Origin: an uncultured archaeon
GTDB taxonomy: Archaea > Micrarchaeota > Micrarchaeia > Micrarchaeales > CABMGC01
Length of the DNA: 64,000 bases
Direction: 5' to 3'
Assembly: GCA_963704435.1 (NCBI GenBank)
Contig: OY969902.1
Coordinates: 136,949 to 200,948, forward strand
Shown here one piece after another: positions 18,650-26,103 of the stretch (its first letter is position 1; every line of letters begins with the position of its first letter). The position numbers and the translations under genes are program-made. The notes beneath the pieces were generated by a model. The model saw only the letters and a program-made list of their open reading frames with translations. It was not told the DNA's origin and ran no database searches.

Positions 18650-20133
18650 GAGGTGATCTATCCGCAGGTTCCCCTACGGATACCTTGTTACGACTTGACC
18701 CCCCTCACAAAGCTTTAGTTCGAAGGCGCCGTAGGCGCCGCCTCACTAAAACCCTACTTGGGTGATCTGACGGGCGGTGTGTGCAAGGAGCGGGGACATA
18801 TTCACCGCTTGATAGTGACGAGCGATTACTAGGGATTCCAGTTTCATGAGGGCGAGTTTCAGCCCTCAATCCAAACTTTGACTGCTTTTGGGGGATTGGC
18901 TTCCCCTCTCGGGGTTGCGACCCATTGTAGCAGCCTCTGTATGCCGCGTGTAGCCCTAGAGATTCGGGGCATACTGACCTACCGTCGCCCCCTCCTTCCT
19001 CCTCCTTAAACGGAGGCGGTCCCGACAGAGTGCTCGGCCCGTCTCCGGACCGGTGGCAACTGTCAGCGGGGCTCTCGCTCGTTACAGGACTTAACCTGAC
19101 ACTTCACAGCACGAGCTGACGATGGCCATGCACCACCTCTCGGCTCGTAAGGTAAAGTCTTTAGCTTGACCTTCATCCTGCCGTCGCTCTAGGTAATGTT
19201 TCTGACGTTGTATTCAATTAAACCGCAGCATCCACCCCTTGTGGTGCTCCCCCGCCAATTGCTTTAAGTTTCAACCTTGCGGCCGTACTCCCCAGGCGGC
19301 AGACTTATCAGTTTCCCTACGGTACTGCGCTGACACGCGGTCAGTGCAACACCTGAGTCTGCATAATTTACTGCTAGGGCTACTCGGGTATCTAATCCGA
19401 TTCGTTCTCCTAGCCTTCGCCACTCACCGTCGGATGTGTTCTGACCAAGCGCCTTCGCCACCGGTGGTCCTTTTAGGATTACAGGATTTTACCCCTACCC
19501 CAAAAGTACCCTTGGTCTCTCCCACTCCCTAGCCGGAAGGTATCCTACGCACGGGTTGACGTTGAGCGCCAACATTTCACGCAGGACTGTTCCAGCAGGC
19601 TACTGGCCCTTTAAGCCCAATAATCGCGGACACCGCTTGTGCCGCCGGTATTACCGTGGCGGCTGCCACCGGTCTTACCCAGCACTTATTCGCCAAGCTG
19701 TTTGGACTTGGCAAAAGGCGAACCGAAGTTCGCCACTCAGACTTCCCCCATCACGCTTACGCGCATTGTGGAGTTTTCGCGCCTGCTGCACGCCGTAGCG
19801 CTAGGACCCTTGTCTCAGTGTCCTTCTCGGGGCTCTTGCTCCCACATCCCCTACGGGTCAAAGGCATGGTGGGCCGTTACCCCGCCATCAACCTGATCCG
19901 ACGCGGCCTCATCGCAGGGCAGAAGCGCTGCAATTCGCGCCCCTTTGAGCTATGGAACATTCCAGTATCCTTAGCCTATGGAGTATTAGCCTTAGTTTCC
20001 CAAGGTTATCCTCCTCCCTGCGGTAGATTAGCCACGCGTTACTGAGCCGTACGCCGCCGAACGAAGCCGTTCAGCTGACTTGCATGGCTGTCGAAATCTG
20101 ATAGTAGTGTCCTCCAGCAGCATCGACTGGTGT
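18650..20133 (-). rRNA. rrs: 16S (SSU) ribosomal RNA, complete, no large intron
   Basis: The reverse complement contains the SSU landmarks: 5' CCAGUCGAUGCUGCUGGAGG, 530 loop GUGGCAGCCGCCACGGUAAUAC, 915 region AGCAAUUGGCGGGGGAGCAC, and 3' AAGUCGUAACAAGGUAUCCGUAGGGGAACCUGCGGAUAGAUCACCUCG. Ends are +/- a few nt. Confidence 0.95.
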
Positions 20134-20138
20134 TGAAA

Positions 20139-20184
20139 CCCTGATGCAACTGCGAGTGTATAATATCGTTTGCATTTCCTCAAG
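20139..20184 (-). other. 16S rRNA leader arm of the processing helix
   Basis: See the trailer arm feature. The inverted repeat brackets the mature 16S, as expected for the archaeal pre-rRNA bulge-helix-bulge processing stem. Confidence 0.7.
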
Positions 20185-20265
20185 ACTAAATCCAATTGCG
20201 GCTGCAATTTTCACGAGCCGTCCGTATCAGATGATACAGTCGGTAGAACTAATTAGTAGAGATAC

Positions 20266-20276
20266 ATTTATAAATT
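20266..20276 (-). promoter_or_regulatory. TATA box candidate for the 16S rRNA gene
   Basis: ATTTATAAATT lies about 135 nt upstream of the mature 5' end, upstream of the leader arm. No other strong TATA lies between the preceding gene (ends 20331) and the leader. Confidence 0.45.
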
Positions 20277-20330
20277 GCACCCGCAGACGAGGGAAAAGCG
20301 CAAGCGGAGGCAGCGCTACCTTCATGGATT

Positions 20331-20747
20331 TCAGGCTTTGATCTTGTGCAGATCCCCATAAATTATGACTGGTCTGACCGCTTCAATCTCGGTTTTGCAG
20401 TAAGGCATGTCCGGGATTGGATTCCACAGGAATATGGCCTGGTCCAATACGTGCGCGAAGCCTATCTCCATCAGGGTATTCCCGCCCACGTAGTTCTGAA
20501 TCCCGTCCTTGTCTAAGTTCATGACGAGCACAGCGTCGGCGCCCTGCATCTTCCTCCAGAATTCGCGGATGGCGTCCATATTATATTTCTGGTGCAGCTT
20601 TATTTTTTCTATCTCTTCCGAATTTTTACCTATCAGCGGCTTGTGCAAATCCGTTAAAAAGGCATCGTGGCCCATCGCTCTGAGTTCATCTTGGACTTCC
20701 ACCATTTTGTCGATAAATTGCATGGATCCGATTATCCCGATTCTCAT
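20331..20747 (-). CDS. nucleoside 2-deoxyribosyltransferase/DNPH1-like superfamily protein
   Basis: 138 aa. MRIGIIGSMQF... and GADAVLVMNLDKDG..YVGGNTLMEIGFAHVL resemble the Rossmann-like NDT/RCL pattern (aDvvvAevt.pS.GvgyElG.A). Confidence 0.4.
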   Translation of the reverse strand: MRIGIIGSMQFIDKMVEVQDELRAMGHDAFLTDLHKPLIGKNSEEIEKIKLHQKYNMDAIREFWRKMQGADAVLVMNLDKDGIQNYVGGNTLMEIGFAHVLDQAIFLWNPIPDMPYCKTEIEAVRPVIIYGDLHKIKA

Positions 20748-20860
20748 GCATGGAAAGGGGACTTAAAGCTTAAAAATAGACAGCCGAAAAGAATCGGATT
20801 TGTTCAGAAGCGGAAATTAAAGCCAACAGATAAATAGGGGCAGGAGCAAATCCTCTTTTT

Positions 20861-21217
20861 GTGATTCCAATGCCAAAGCAAATATCGATTGCAGCAAACG
20901 GAAGCGTTAGCGAGATTCATAAGGACGTCATTGCGATGTGCGCCGATCTGATAAGGAGCGGCGATGACAGGAAGGCCGAGTTCACCGCGCAGGAATACGT
21001 TAGGACCTTCCAGTACATCTCCTCCCAATCCGACCCGGATAAGCTGGCGTTCGAGCAGAATGTCGCTATCCAGCGCAACGTGAGCAAGCTGATGATCGCC
21101 TCTGCGCGAAAGGCGTGCGAAGGATTGGAGGAAACTCAGACGCAGGCAGACGCTGCCCGCGCAGACGACATAAGGCAGCGCTACGATCTGGTCCCGCGGG
21201 ACGGCAAGGCGAAATAA
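20861..21217 (+). CDS. hypothetical protein (118 aa)
   Basis: ORF with GTG 20861 / ATG 20870, about 27 nt downstream of TATA-like GATAAATAGG. No motif recognised. Confidence 0.4.
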   Translation: MIPMPKQISIAANGSVSEIHKDVIAMCADLIRSGDDRKAEFTAQEYVRTFQYISSQSDPDKLAFEQNVAIQRNVSKLMIASARKACEGLEETQTQADAARADDIRQRYDLVPRDGKAK

Positions 21218-21254
21218 GCGAAGAAACGCATCTTTAGATAGCGGGGCCTGACCG

Positions 21255-21806
21255 TTAAATCCTGCCCTTCGACTCGCCCCTCACTACGCCGTTCGCGATG
21301 ATGTGCGCGAGCCTGAGGAACCTTATCGCGCCTTCCGAGACCTCCGCGAGGTCCTTCTTAGACGCCCCCGCGCACTGGAAATAGAATCCGTCCTTTCTGA
21401 ACGTCTCCGAATTCGCGTGGATGGCTTTCAGCAGGGAGAGTTTGCGCCCGACGTCGTTCTTCGACGCGCGTATCGCCTTCTCCAGCTCTTTCTCGTGCGG
21501 CTTCTTCCTTACGATGCTGACGATCGGGATCTTCAGGCCCCGGTTAAGTTTTACTATGTCGACGAGATTCAGCCCCGCAAGGGTTATCCCATGCACTGCC
21601 ATTAGCCTTATCTGGTCCGCGAACCTTGACCCGCTCACGCTGTCCATTATCTTTTTGGTCGCATCGGATCCGTCGACGGCCACACGGAACGAGACGGCGC
21701 CCTCGACCCCTTCCCCTCTCCCTATCACTCCGATGATCAGCGAGTCCGCGTCCGTCTTCCTGTAGGCGGACCCGTCTATGGCGAGTATCCTTATTCCCTT
21801 CTTCAT
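21255..21806 (-). CDS. UPF0215/DUF99 family protein (endonuclease V-like fold)
   Basis: MKKGIRILAIDGS...IIGVIGRG..VEG...VDGSDAT...IRLMAVHGITLAGLNLVD matches the DUF99 pattern conserved in archaea. Confidence 0.7.
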   Translation of the reverse strand: MKKGIRILAIDGSAYRKTDADSLIIGVIGRGEGVEGAVSFRVAVDGSDATKKIMDSVSGSRFADQIRLMAVHGITLAGLNLVDIVKLNRGLKIPIVSIVRKKPHEKELEKAIRASKNDVGRKLSLLKAIHANSETFRKDGFYFQCAGASKKDLAEVSEGAIRFLRLAHIIANGVVRGESKGRI

Positions 21807-21811
21807 CGCGA

Positions 21812-22078
21812 CTACTTCTTCGGGATCTGCGTCGCGAGCTCCTTGACCTCGTCCTGCAGCTCCTCGATCGCCTTGAGGACCACCGCCCTGGCGCTCTTCG
21901 TGGATTTCACGACCAGCCGCGGGCCCCCAATCTCCGGATGGGTCTTCTCCACGCTGGCGAACTCCACGCCTGAGCTGGCAAGCACCTTCTCGCGTATCAG
22001 GTCGACTATGCTCCTATCCACTCCGTCGAACTCGGCCACGAAGCTCTTCGTCTCATCCTCTATTATCTTTATGTGCAT
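21812..22078 (-). CDS. rpoL: DNA-directed RNA polymerase subunit L (Rpo11)
   Basis: 88 aa. MHIKIIEDETKSFVAEFDGVDRSIVDLIREKVL...VEFASVEKTHPEIGGPRLVVKS follows the RpoL/Rpb11 pattern. Confidence 0.8.
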   Translation of the reverse strand: MHIKIIEDETKSFVAEFDGVDRSIVDLIREKVLASSGVEFASVEKTHPEIGGPRLVVKSTKSARAVVLKAIEELQDEVKELATQIPKK

Positions 22079-22238
22079 GAAGACACCAAACGTGAAAATG
22101 AATAAGGCTTATAAATTCAGTCTGCGATAACACTCATAAGCTACGAATACTAATGACAGTTCACATTTTAATACTCTACTGTGCAATATCTATGACATCC
22201 GATTCGCATGCTTTCTGATGTTCTGCAGGGTTTTATCA

Positions 22239-22655
22239 ATGTCTAACGTGTTTGAAGTTGATTCCGGGGCGCTGGTCAGCCGCGCCGCCGAGAAGCTGAA
22301 GGAGAAGGGCGTCGAGAAGCCGGCGTACATCGACTTCGTGAAGAGCGGGCCGGGCCGCGAGAGGCTGCCCAGCCAGAAGGACTTCTGGTACATCAGGTGC
22401 TCCTCGATCCTCAGGCAGGTCTACGTCAGCGGGCCCGTGGGGGTCTCCAGGCTAAGGACCCGGTTCGGCAACAGGAAGGTCCACGTCGTGAGCAGGCACC
22501 ACCACCAGAGGGCCGGTGGCAGCATCATAACCGATGCGCTCACTGCGCTCGAGAAGGCAGGATACGTCAAGAAGGGAAAGAAGGGCAGGGAGATAACCCC
22601 GGCCGGGAAGTCCTTCCTGGACAAGGTCGCTAACGACATTACGCGCGGTGCTTGA
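22239..22655 (+). CDS. rps19e: 30S ribosomal protein S19e (eS19)
   Basis: VFEVDSGALVSRAAEKLKEKGVEKPAYIDFVKSGPGRERLPSQKDFWYIRCSSILRQVY is the S19e signature region. Start taken at ATG 22239. Confidence 0.9.
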   Translation: MSNVFEVDSGALVSRAAEKLKEKGVEKPAYIDFVKSGPGRERLPSQKDFWYIRCSSILRQVYVSGPVGVSRLRTRFGNRKVHVVSRHHHQRAGGSIITDALTALEKAGYVKKGKKGREITPAGKSFLDKVANDITRGA

Positions 22656-22965
22656 GTTGCCAGAAGCGGAGGGCGAGGACCAGCAGGCCAAGCTGAAGAA
22701 AGCGGTCTACAAGCGCCTGAAGGAGATGCAGGTAGAGCAGGAGAGGCGCGCGCAGCTGAAGCGGCTGATGGAGCCGGACGCCTATGAGCGGCTGATGAAC
22801 GTGCGCATCTCGAACAACGAGCTGTATGCGCAGCTCGTCGAGCTGCTCTTCGCGATGGCGAGGAGCGGAAGGGTGTCCGGGAAGGTCACGGAGGAGCAGC
22901 TCAGGGGCCTCCTGACGAAGCTGACATACAGGCCGGAGTCAAGGATCGAGTTCAAGAAGAAATGA
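22648..22965 (+). CDS. PDCD5/TFAR19-like dsDNA-binding protein
   Basis: RRAQLKRLMEPDAYERLMNVRISNNELYAQLVELL... is typical of the archaeal PDCD5 homologue that follows rps19e. The GTG start overlaps the rps19e stop. Confidence 0.8.
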   Translation: MLELPEAEGEDQQAKLKKAVYKRLKEMQVEQERRAQLKRLMEPDAYERLMNVRISNNELYAQLVELLFAMARSGRVSGKVTEEQLRGLLTKLTYRPESRIEFKKK

Positions 22966-22979
22966 AAAGACGTGATGCA

Positions 22980-23141
22980 ATGGGAAAGAAAAGCCTTGAG
23001 AGGAAGATGATGCTAGGCAAGAGGCTGAGGAGGAAGCGCAGGTCGCTCCCGGTGCTCGCCAGCCTTAGGACGCACAGGAAGAAGACGTACAACAAGTTCT
23101 ACAGGGAATGGAGGCACAGGAAGCTGAAGCTGAAGGTGTGA
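22980..23141 (+). CDS. rpl39e: 50S ribosomal protein L39e (eL39), 53 aa; absent from the ORF track because it is under 60 aa
   Basis: Hand translation: MGKKSLERKMMLGKRLRRKRRSLPVLASLRTHRKKTYNKFYREWRHRKLKLKV*. It is very basic, ends in the typical RRxKLKV, and sits in the conserved position before rpl31e. SD-like GTGAT lies upstream. Confidence 0.8.
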   Translation: MGKKSLERKMMLGKRLRRKRRSLPVLASLRTHRKKTYNKFYREWRHRKLKLKV

Positions 23142-23143
23142 GC

Positions 23144-23596
23144 ATGGCAACAACTACGATAACGCTGAACCTGAGGAAGAGGCTGCTCAAGGTGCACCTC
23201 ACCAAGCGGAGGATGAGGGTGCCGACGTACACGAAGGAGGCGATAGCCAGGTTCGCGAAGGTCGACGTCGACAAGATAAGGATAGACGCGAACCTGAACA
23301 GGCACCTCATAGTCAACGTGGCGAGGAAGCCGCTGGCCTTCAAGGTCACGCTCGAGAAGACGGAGGACAAGGTCATGGCGAGGCTGCACGGCGCGCCGAA
23401 GGCGGAGGCCGCGAAGCCGGAGGCAAAGGCGGAGAAGGGCAAGGAGGCGAAGCCGGCCGCGCAGCGCGCCGAGGCCAAGAAGGATGAGAAGGCCGAGGCC
23501 CGTCACGCCGAACCGAAGAAGGAGGCCGCGGAGGCGAAGCCTGCCCATCATGCCGAGGCAGCCAAGCCGAAGAAGCCTGCCGAGAGCGAAGCTTGA
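23144..23596 (+). CDS. rpl31e: 50S ribosomal protein L31e (eL31) with about 68-aa A/E/K/P-rich C-terminal tail
   Basis: MATTTITLNLRKRLLKVHLTKRRMRVPTYTKEAIARFAKV...KVTLEKTEDKVMARL is the L31e core. ATG 23144 is preceded by AGGTGTGAGC. The tail is APKAEAAKPEAKAEKGKEAKP... Confidence 0.85.
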   Translation: MATTTITLNLRKRLLKVHLTKRRMRVPTYTKEAIARFAKVDVDKIRIDANLNRHLIVNVARKPLAFKVTLEKTEDKVMARLHGAPKAEAAKPEAKAEKGKEAKPAAQRAEAKKDEKAEARHAEPKKEAAEAKPAHHAEAAKPKKPAESEA

Positions 23597-23601
23597 TTCA
23601 G

Positions 23602-24273
23602 ATGTCGATAGAAAGGATAAAGATACACGGCAACGACTACGTCGGGGCCTGGGCGGTCGCGACCGAGAGGTTCTTCATCGTCGGGAACGACGTGAAGAAG
23701 AGGGCCGAGGCGATGGCGCGCGACGCGCTCGGCGTCGAGGTCGTCAGGGCCGCGGTGAGCGGCTCGAGCCTCCTTGGGATATACATAGCGGCCAACTCGA
23801 AGGGGGCGCTCCTGCCCAACCTCGCCGAGAGGCGCGAGGTGGAGCACCTGAGGCACGAGCTCGGCGGGGCGACGGTGGAGATACTCGATACCGACCTGAA
23901 CGCGCTAAGGAACAACATACTCGCGAACGACAGGATGGCGATAATCAACCCGAACTTCAGCAGGGAGGAAGAGGGAAGGATAGCCGACGTGCTCGACGTC
24001 GAGACGATAAGGATTACGATAGGCGGCTTCCACACGGTCGGCGCCAACAACATACTTACGAACAAGGGCTTCGTTCTCAACAACAGGGCGAGCGAGGAGG
24101 AGAAGGAGAGGGTCGAGGGAATCCTCGGGATGAAGGTTGAGCAGTCCACCGCGAACACCGGCTCGGTCAACATAGGCCTGTGCGTCGTCGCGAACTCGAA
24201 GGGCATGATGGCCGGGGAGGCCACCAGCGGCTACGAGCTGGCGAGAATCGCCGAGTCGCTAGAGCTAGATTGA
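23602..24273 (+). CDS. eif6: translation initiation factor 6 (aIF6)
   Basis: MSIERIKIHGNDYVGAWAVATERFFIVG... plus repeated pentein-fold segments (LLGIYIAANSKGALLP, TVGANNILTNKGFVL, NIGLCVVANSKGMM). The track start at TTG 23593 is in the same frame. Confidence 0.85.
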   Translation: MSIERIKIHGNDYVGAWAVATERFFIVGNDVKKRAEAMARDALGVEVVRAAVSGSSLLGIYIAANSKGALLPNLAERREVEHLRHELGGATVEILDTDLNALRNNILANDRMAIINPNFSREEEGRIADVLDVETIRITIGGFHTVGANNILTNKGFVLNNRASEEEKERVEGILGMKVEQSTANTGSVNIGLCVVANSKGMMAGEATSGYELARIAESLELD

Positions 24274-24283
24274 TATAAGCGGC

Positions 24284-24550
24284 TCAGCAGCGGGCGGGTT
24301 CGTTTGGAGCGAGGATGCCCTTCCCGGCCAGTTGGCGCGCCGAATTGGGATCCCTTCTTTCGATTTCCAGTGCTGCAGCGAGCTCCTTCTGGACTCCTGA
24401 ACGGATGGCAGCAAGCAGGGGAATGCAGCTGTGCGGGTTGCAGCTCATCTCCGAGTTAATTTTGAGCAATTCCCGCTCCAGTGCCGGAACGCTGGGCATC
24501 TTGCGCGTTTCTGCGCCACGGTTTGGATCATTATTCAGCAACGCATTCAC
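24284..24550 (-). CDS. hypothetical protein (88 aa), weak call
   Basis: ORF in the otherwise non-coding gap between aIF6 and the IS. No motif. Could be spurious. Confidence 0.25.
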   Translation of the reverse strand: MNALLNNDPNRGAETRKMPSVPALERELLKINSEMSCNPHSCIPLLAAIRSGVQKELAAALEIERRDPNSARQLAGKGILAPNEPARC

Positions 24551-24602
24551 CGATACGTGATGCGTTTTTCACATATTTAAGCGTTGCCCGCGTTTTCGGC
24601 CT

Positions 24603-25572
24603 TGTCATATCCCGCAATAATGTCCTCTCGTCAAAAAATAAAGAAACGAGAGAGGGCAATTATTTTATGCGGAAACTCACTAAGAGGAAGATTCGGTGGA
24701 TTATCGAGTATTCCAGGGAAGGAATGTCCATCTACAGACTGTCGATACTCCTGAAAGTGACGCCAAGGCACATCAGAAGGGTAATACGGAAATACGACGG
24801 CATTAAACTGTATCTCGTAGGCAAGGAACGCAGAAGACCGTGCGGCAGGGTTCTGGTCCCGATCACGGAGGAACAGCGGCTTATGGTCCTGGACAGGTAC
24901 ATTGCCGAACCCATGTGCGCTTCCATAATGGAAAGGGTTATAGAAGACGAGAACGGAGTACACATACCTCATAACAGGATTCACCGAATACTATCGGAAG
25001 CGGGAAAGGTGGAATTCGTGGACAAGAAAATACGCAGAAAGAGCTGGGTCAGGTATGAGAGAAGGCACAGCAACAGCCTTTGGCACGCGGATTTCTGCGA
25101 GATAAACGGCAAACAGGTCATCGTGTATATCGATGATGCATCGAGACTCATCGTAGGATACGGATTATTCGATAATGCGACGACAGACAATGCGCTTCTC
25201 GTTCTCAGGGCAGCGGTAAAGATGTATGGGGCGCCGAAGCAGGTAATGACTGACCATGGTGCGCAGTTCTGCGCCAATGAGGAGAAGGAATACAAGTTCA
25301 CCGAGGAACTGAAAAGACTCGGAATCGAACACATAATGGCGAAGGTAAAGAGGCCGCAGTCGAACGGCAAGATTGAGAGATTCTTCGGAACTCTGAAGAG
25401 GCTCTTGCGCCATTTCGGTGATCTGGATAGGTCCGTGGCCTGCTACAACAACAGGTTCCACCTGTCCCTTGAGATGTCTCCGGCGAAGGCATTTGCCCTG
25501 AAAATGCGAAAGGAATAAGAGGCGAGAATGTGAACTCAGTTTACAGAGAGGACATTAATTCGGGATACCACA
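24603..25572 (+). mobile_element. IS481-like insertion sequence (about 970 bp) with TG...CA ends, 27-bp imperfect terminal inverted repeats and a 14-16 bp target-site duplication
   Basis: IRL is TGTCATATCCCGCAATAATGTCCTCTC (24603..24629). IRR read inward is TGTGGTATCCCGAATTAATGTCCTCTC (25572..25546), matching at 23/27. Direct repeat CGCGTTTTCGGCCT(TG) lies immediately outside both ends (24589..24604 and 25573..25588). Confidence 0.8.
24667..25518 (+). CDS. DDE (rve/integrase-core) transposase with N-terminal HTH
   Basis: HTH region RKIRWIIEYSREGMSIYRLSILLKVTPRHIRRVIRKY. Catalytic-triad context WHADFCEI, VYIDDASRL and PQSNGKIERFF. Start at ATG 24667 inside the longer track ORF. Confidence 0.85.
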   Translation: MRKLTKRKIRWIIEYSREGMSIYRLSILLKVTPRHIRRVIRKYDGIKLYLVGKERRRPCGRVLVPITEEQRLMVLDRYIAEPMCASIMERVIEDENGVHIPHNRIHRILSEAGKVEFVDKKIRRKSWVRYERRHSNSLWHADFCEINGKQVIVYIDDASRLIVGYGLFDNATTDNALLVLRAAVKMYGAPKQVMTDHGAQFCANEEKEYKFTEELKRLGIEHIMAKVKRPQSNGKIERFFGTLKRLLRHFGDLDRSVACYNNRFHLSLEMSPAKAFALKMRKE

Positions 25573-25614
25573 CGCGTTTTCGGCCTTGGTATGCCTGCGG
25601 CACCAATCCCAACA

Positions 25615-25626
25615 GGTATAAAAATG
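25615..25626 (+). promoter_or_regulatory. TATA box candidate for pfdA-ftsY
   Basis: GGTATAAAAATG lies about 30 nt upstream of ATG 25653 and just downstream of the IS insertion point. Confidence 0.4.
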
Positions 25627-25652
25627 AAGAGAGGCATTTAGTTACCGATAGC

Positions 25653-26102
25653 ATGGCGGACCACGATCACGGGCATGAGCACGCGCACGACCACGAGCGT
25701 GAGGAGGAGTTCAACAGGCTCGTCTACCTGCAGAACGTGTACAACCAGCAGTACGAGGCGGTGATGAACGAGCTCGGGGCCTTCAGCGTGGCCCAGGCGG
25801 CTCTGCAGAGGAACCTGGACCTGCTCAAGCGGAAGGACGAGATGAAGAAGGCCAGCGTGCTGATAAACGCGGAGGGCGGCACTTACATCGAGGCGAGCGT
25901 GAAGGAGATATCCAAGGTGATGACGTACGTGGGCGCGGGCTACCTGGTGGAGAAGGGGATGGACGACGCGATCGCGTACATCGGCAGGAGCATAGCCTCC
26001 GGCGACGAGGCCATGAAGAGGATGATGTCGGACAGGAAGAAGCTCGAGGACGAGCTTGTGAAGCTCCAGTACTCGATCGAGGCAATGCAGAAGGGTCAGT
26101 GA
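25653..26102 (+). CDS. pfdA: prefoldin alpha subunit with His/Asp/Glu-rich N-terminus
   Basis: Coiled-coil / beta-hairpin / coiled-coil layout (LVYLQNVYNQQYEAVMNEL..., GTYIEASVKEISKVMTYVGAGYLVEK, ...RKKLEDELVKLQYSIEAM). Conserved position before ftsY. Confidence 0.75.
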   Translation: MADHDHGHEHAHDHEREEEFNRLVYLQNVYNQQYEAVMNELGAFSVAQAALQRNLDLLKRKDEMKKASVLINAEGGTYIEASVKEISKVMTYVGAGYLVEKGMDDAIAYIGRSIASGDEAMKRMMSDRKKLEDELVKLQYSIEAMQKGQ

Positions 26103-26103
26103 G

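Noticed and set aside
18650-20133. Checked the 16S gene for an intron or homing-endonuclease insertion, given the nearby LAGLIDADG-like gene
   Set aside because: The length (about 1.48 kb) and the contiguous conserved landmarks leave no room for an intron-sized insertion.
23484-24140. 218-aa R/G/E-rich ORF overlapping the L31e tail and aIF6
   Set aside because: It is an out-of-frame shadow of two conserved genes. The composition is extreme, mainly R, G, E and D.
24481-24666. N-terminal 62 codons of the track ORF for the transposase
   Set aside because: They extend across the IS left inverted repeat and the target duplication into flanking DNA. The HTH domain starts at ATG 24667 inside the element.
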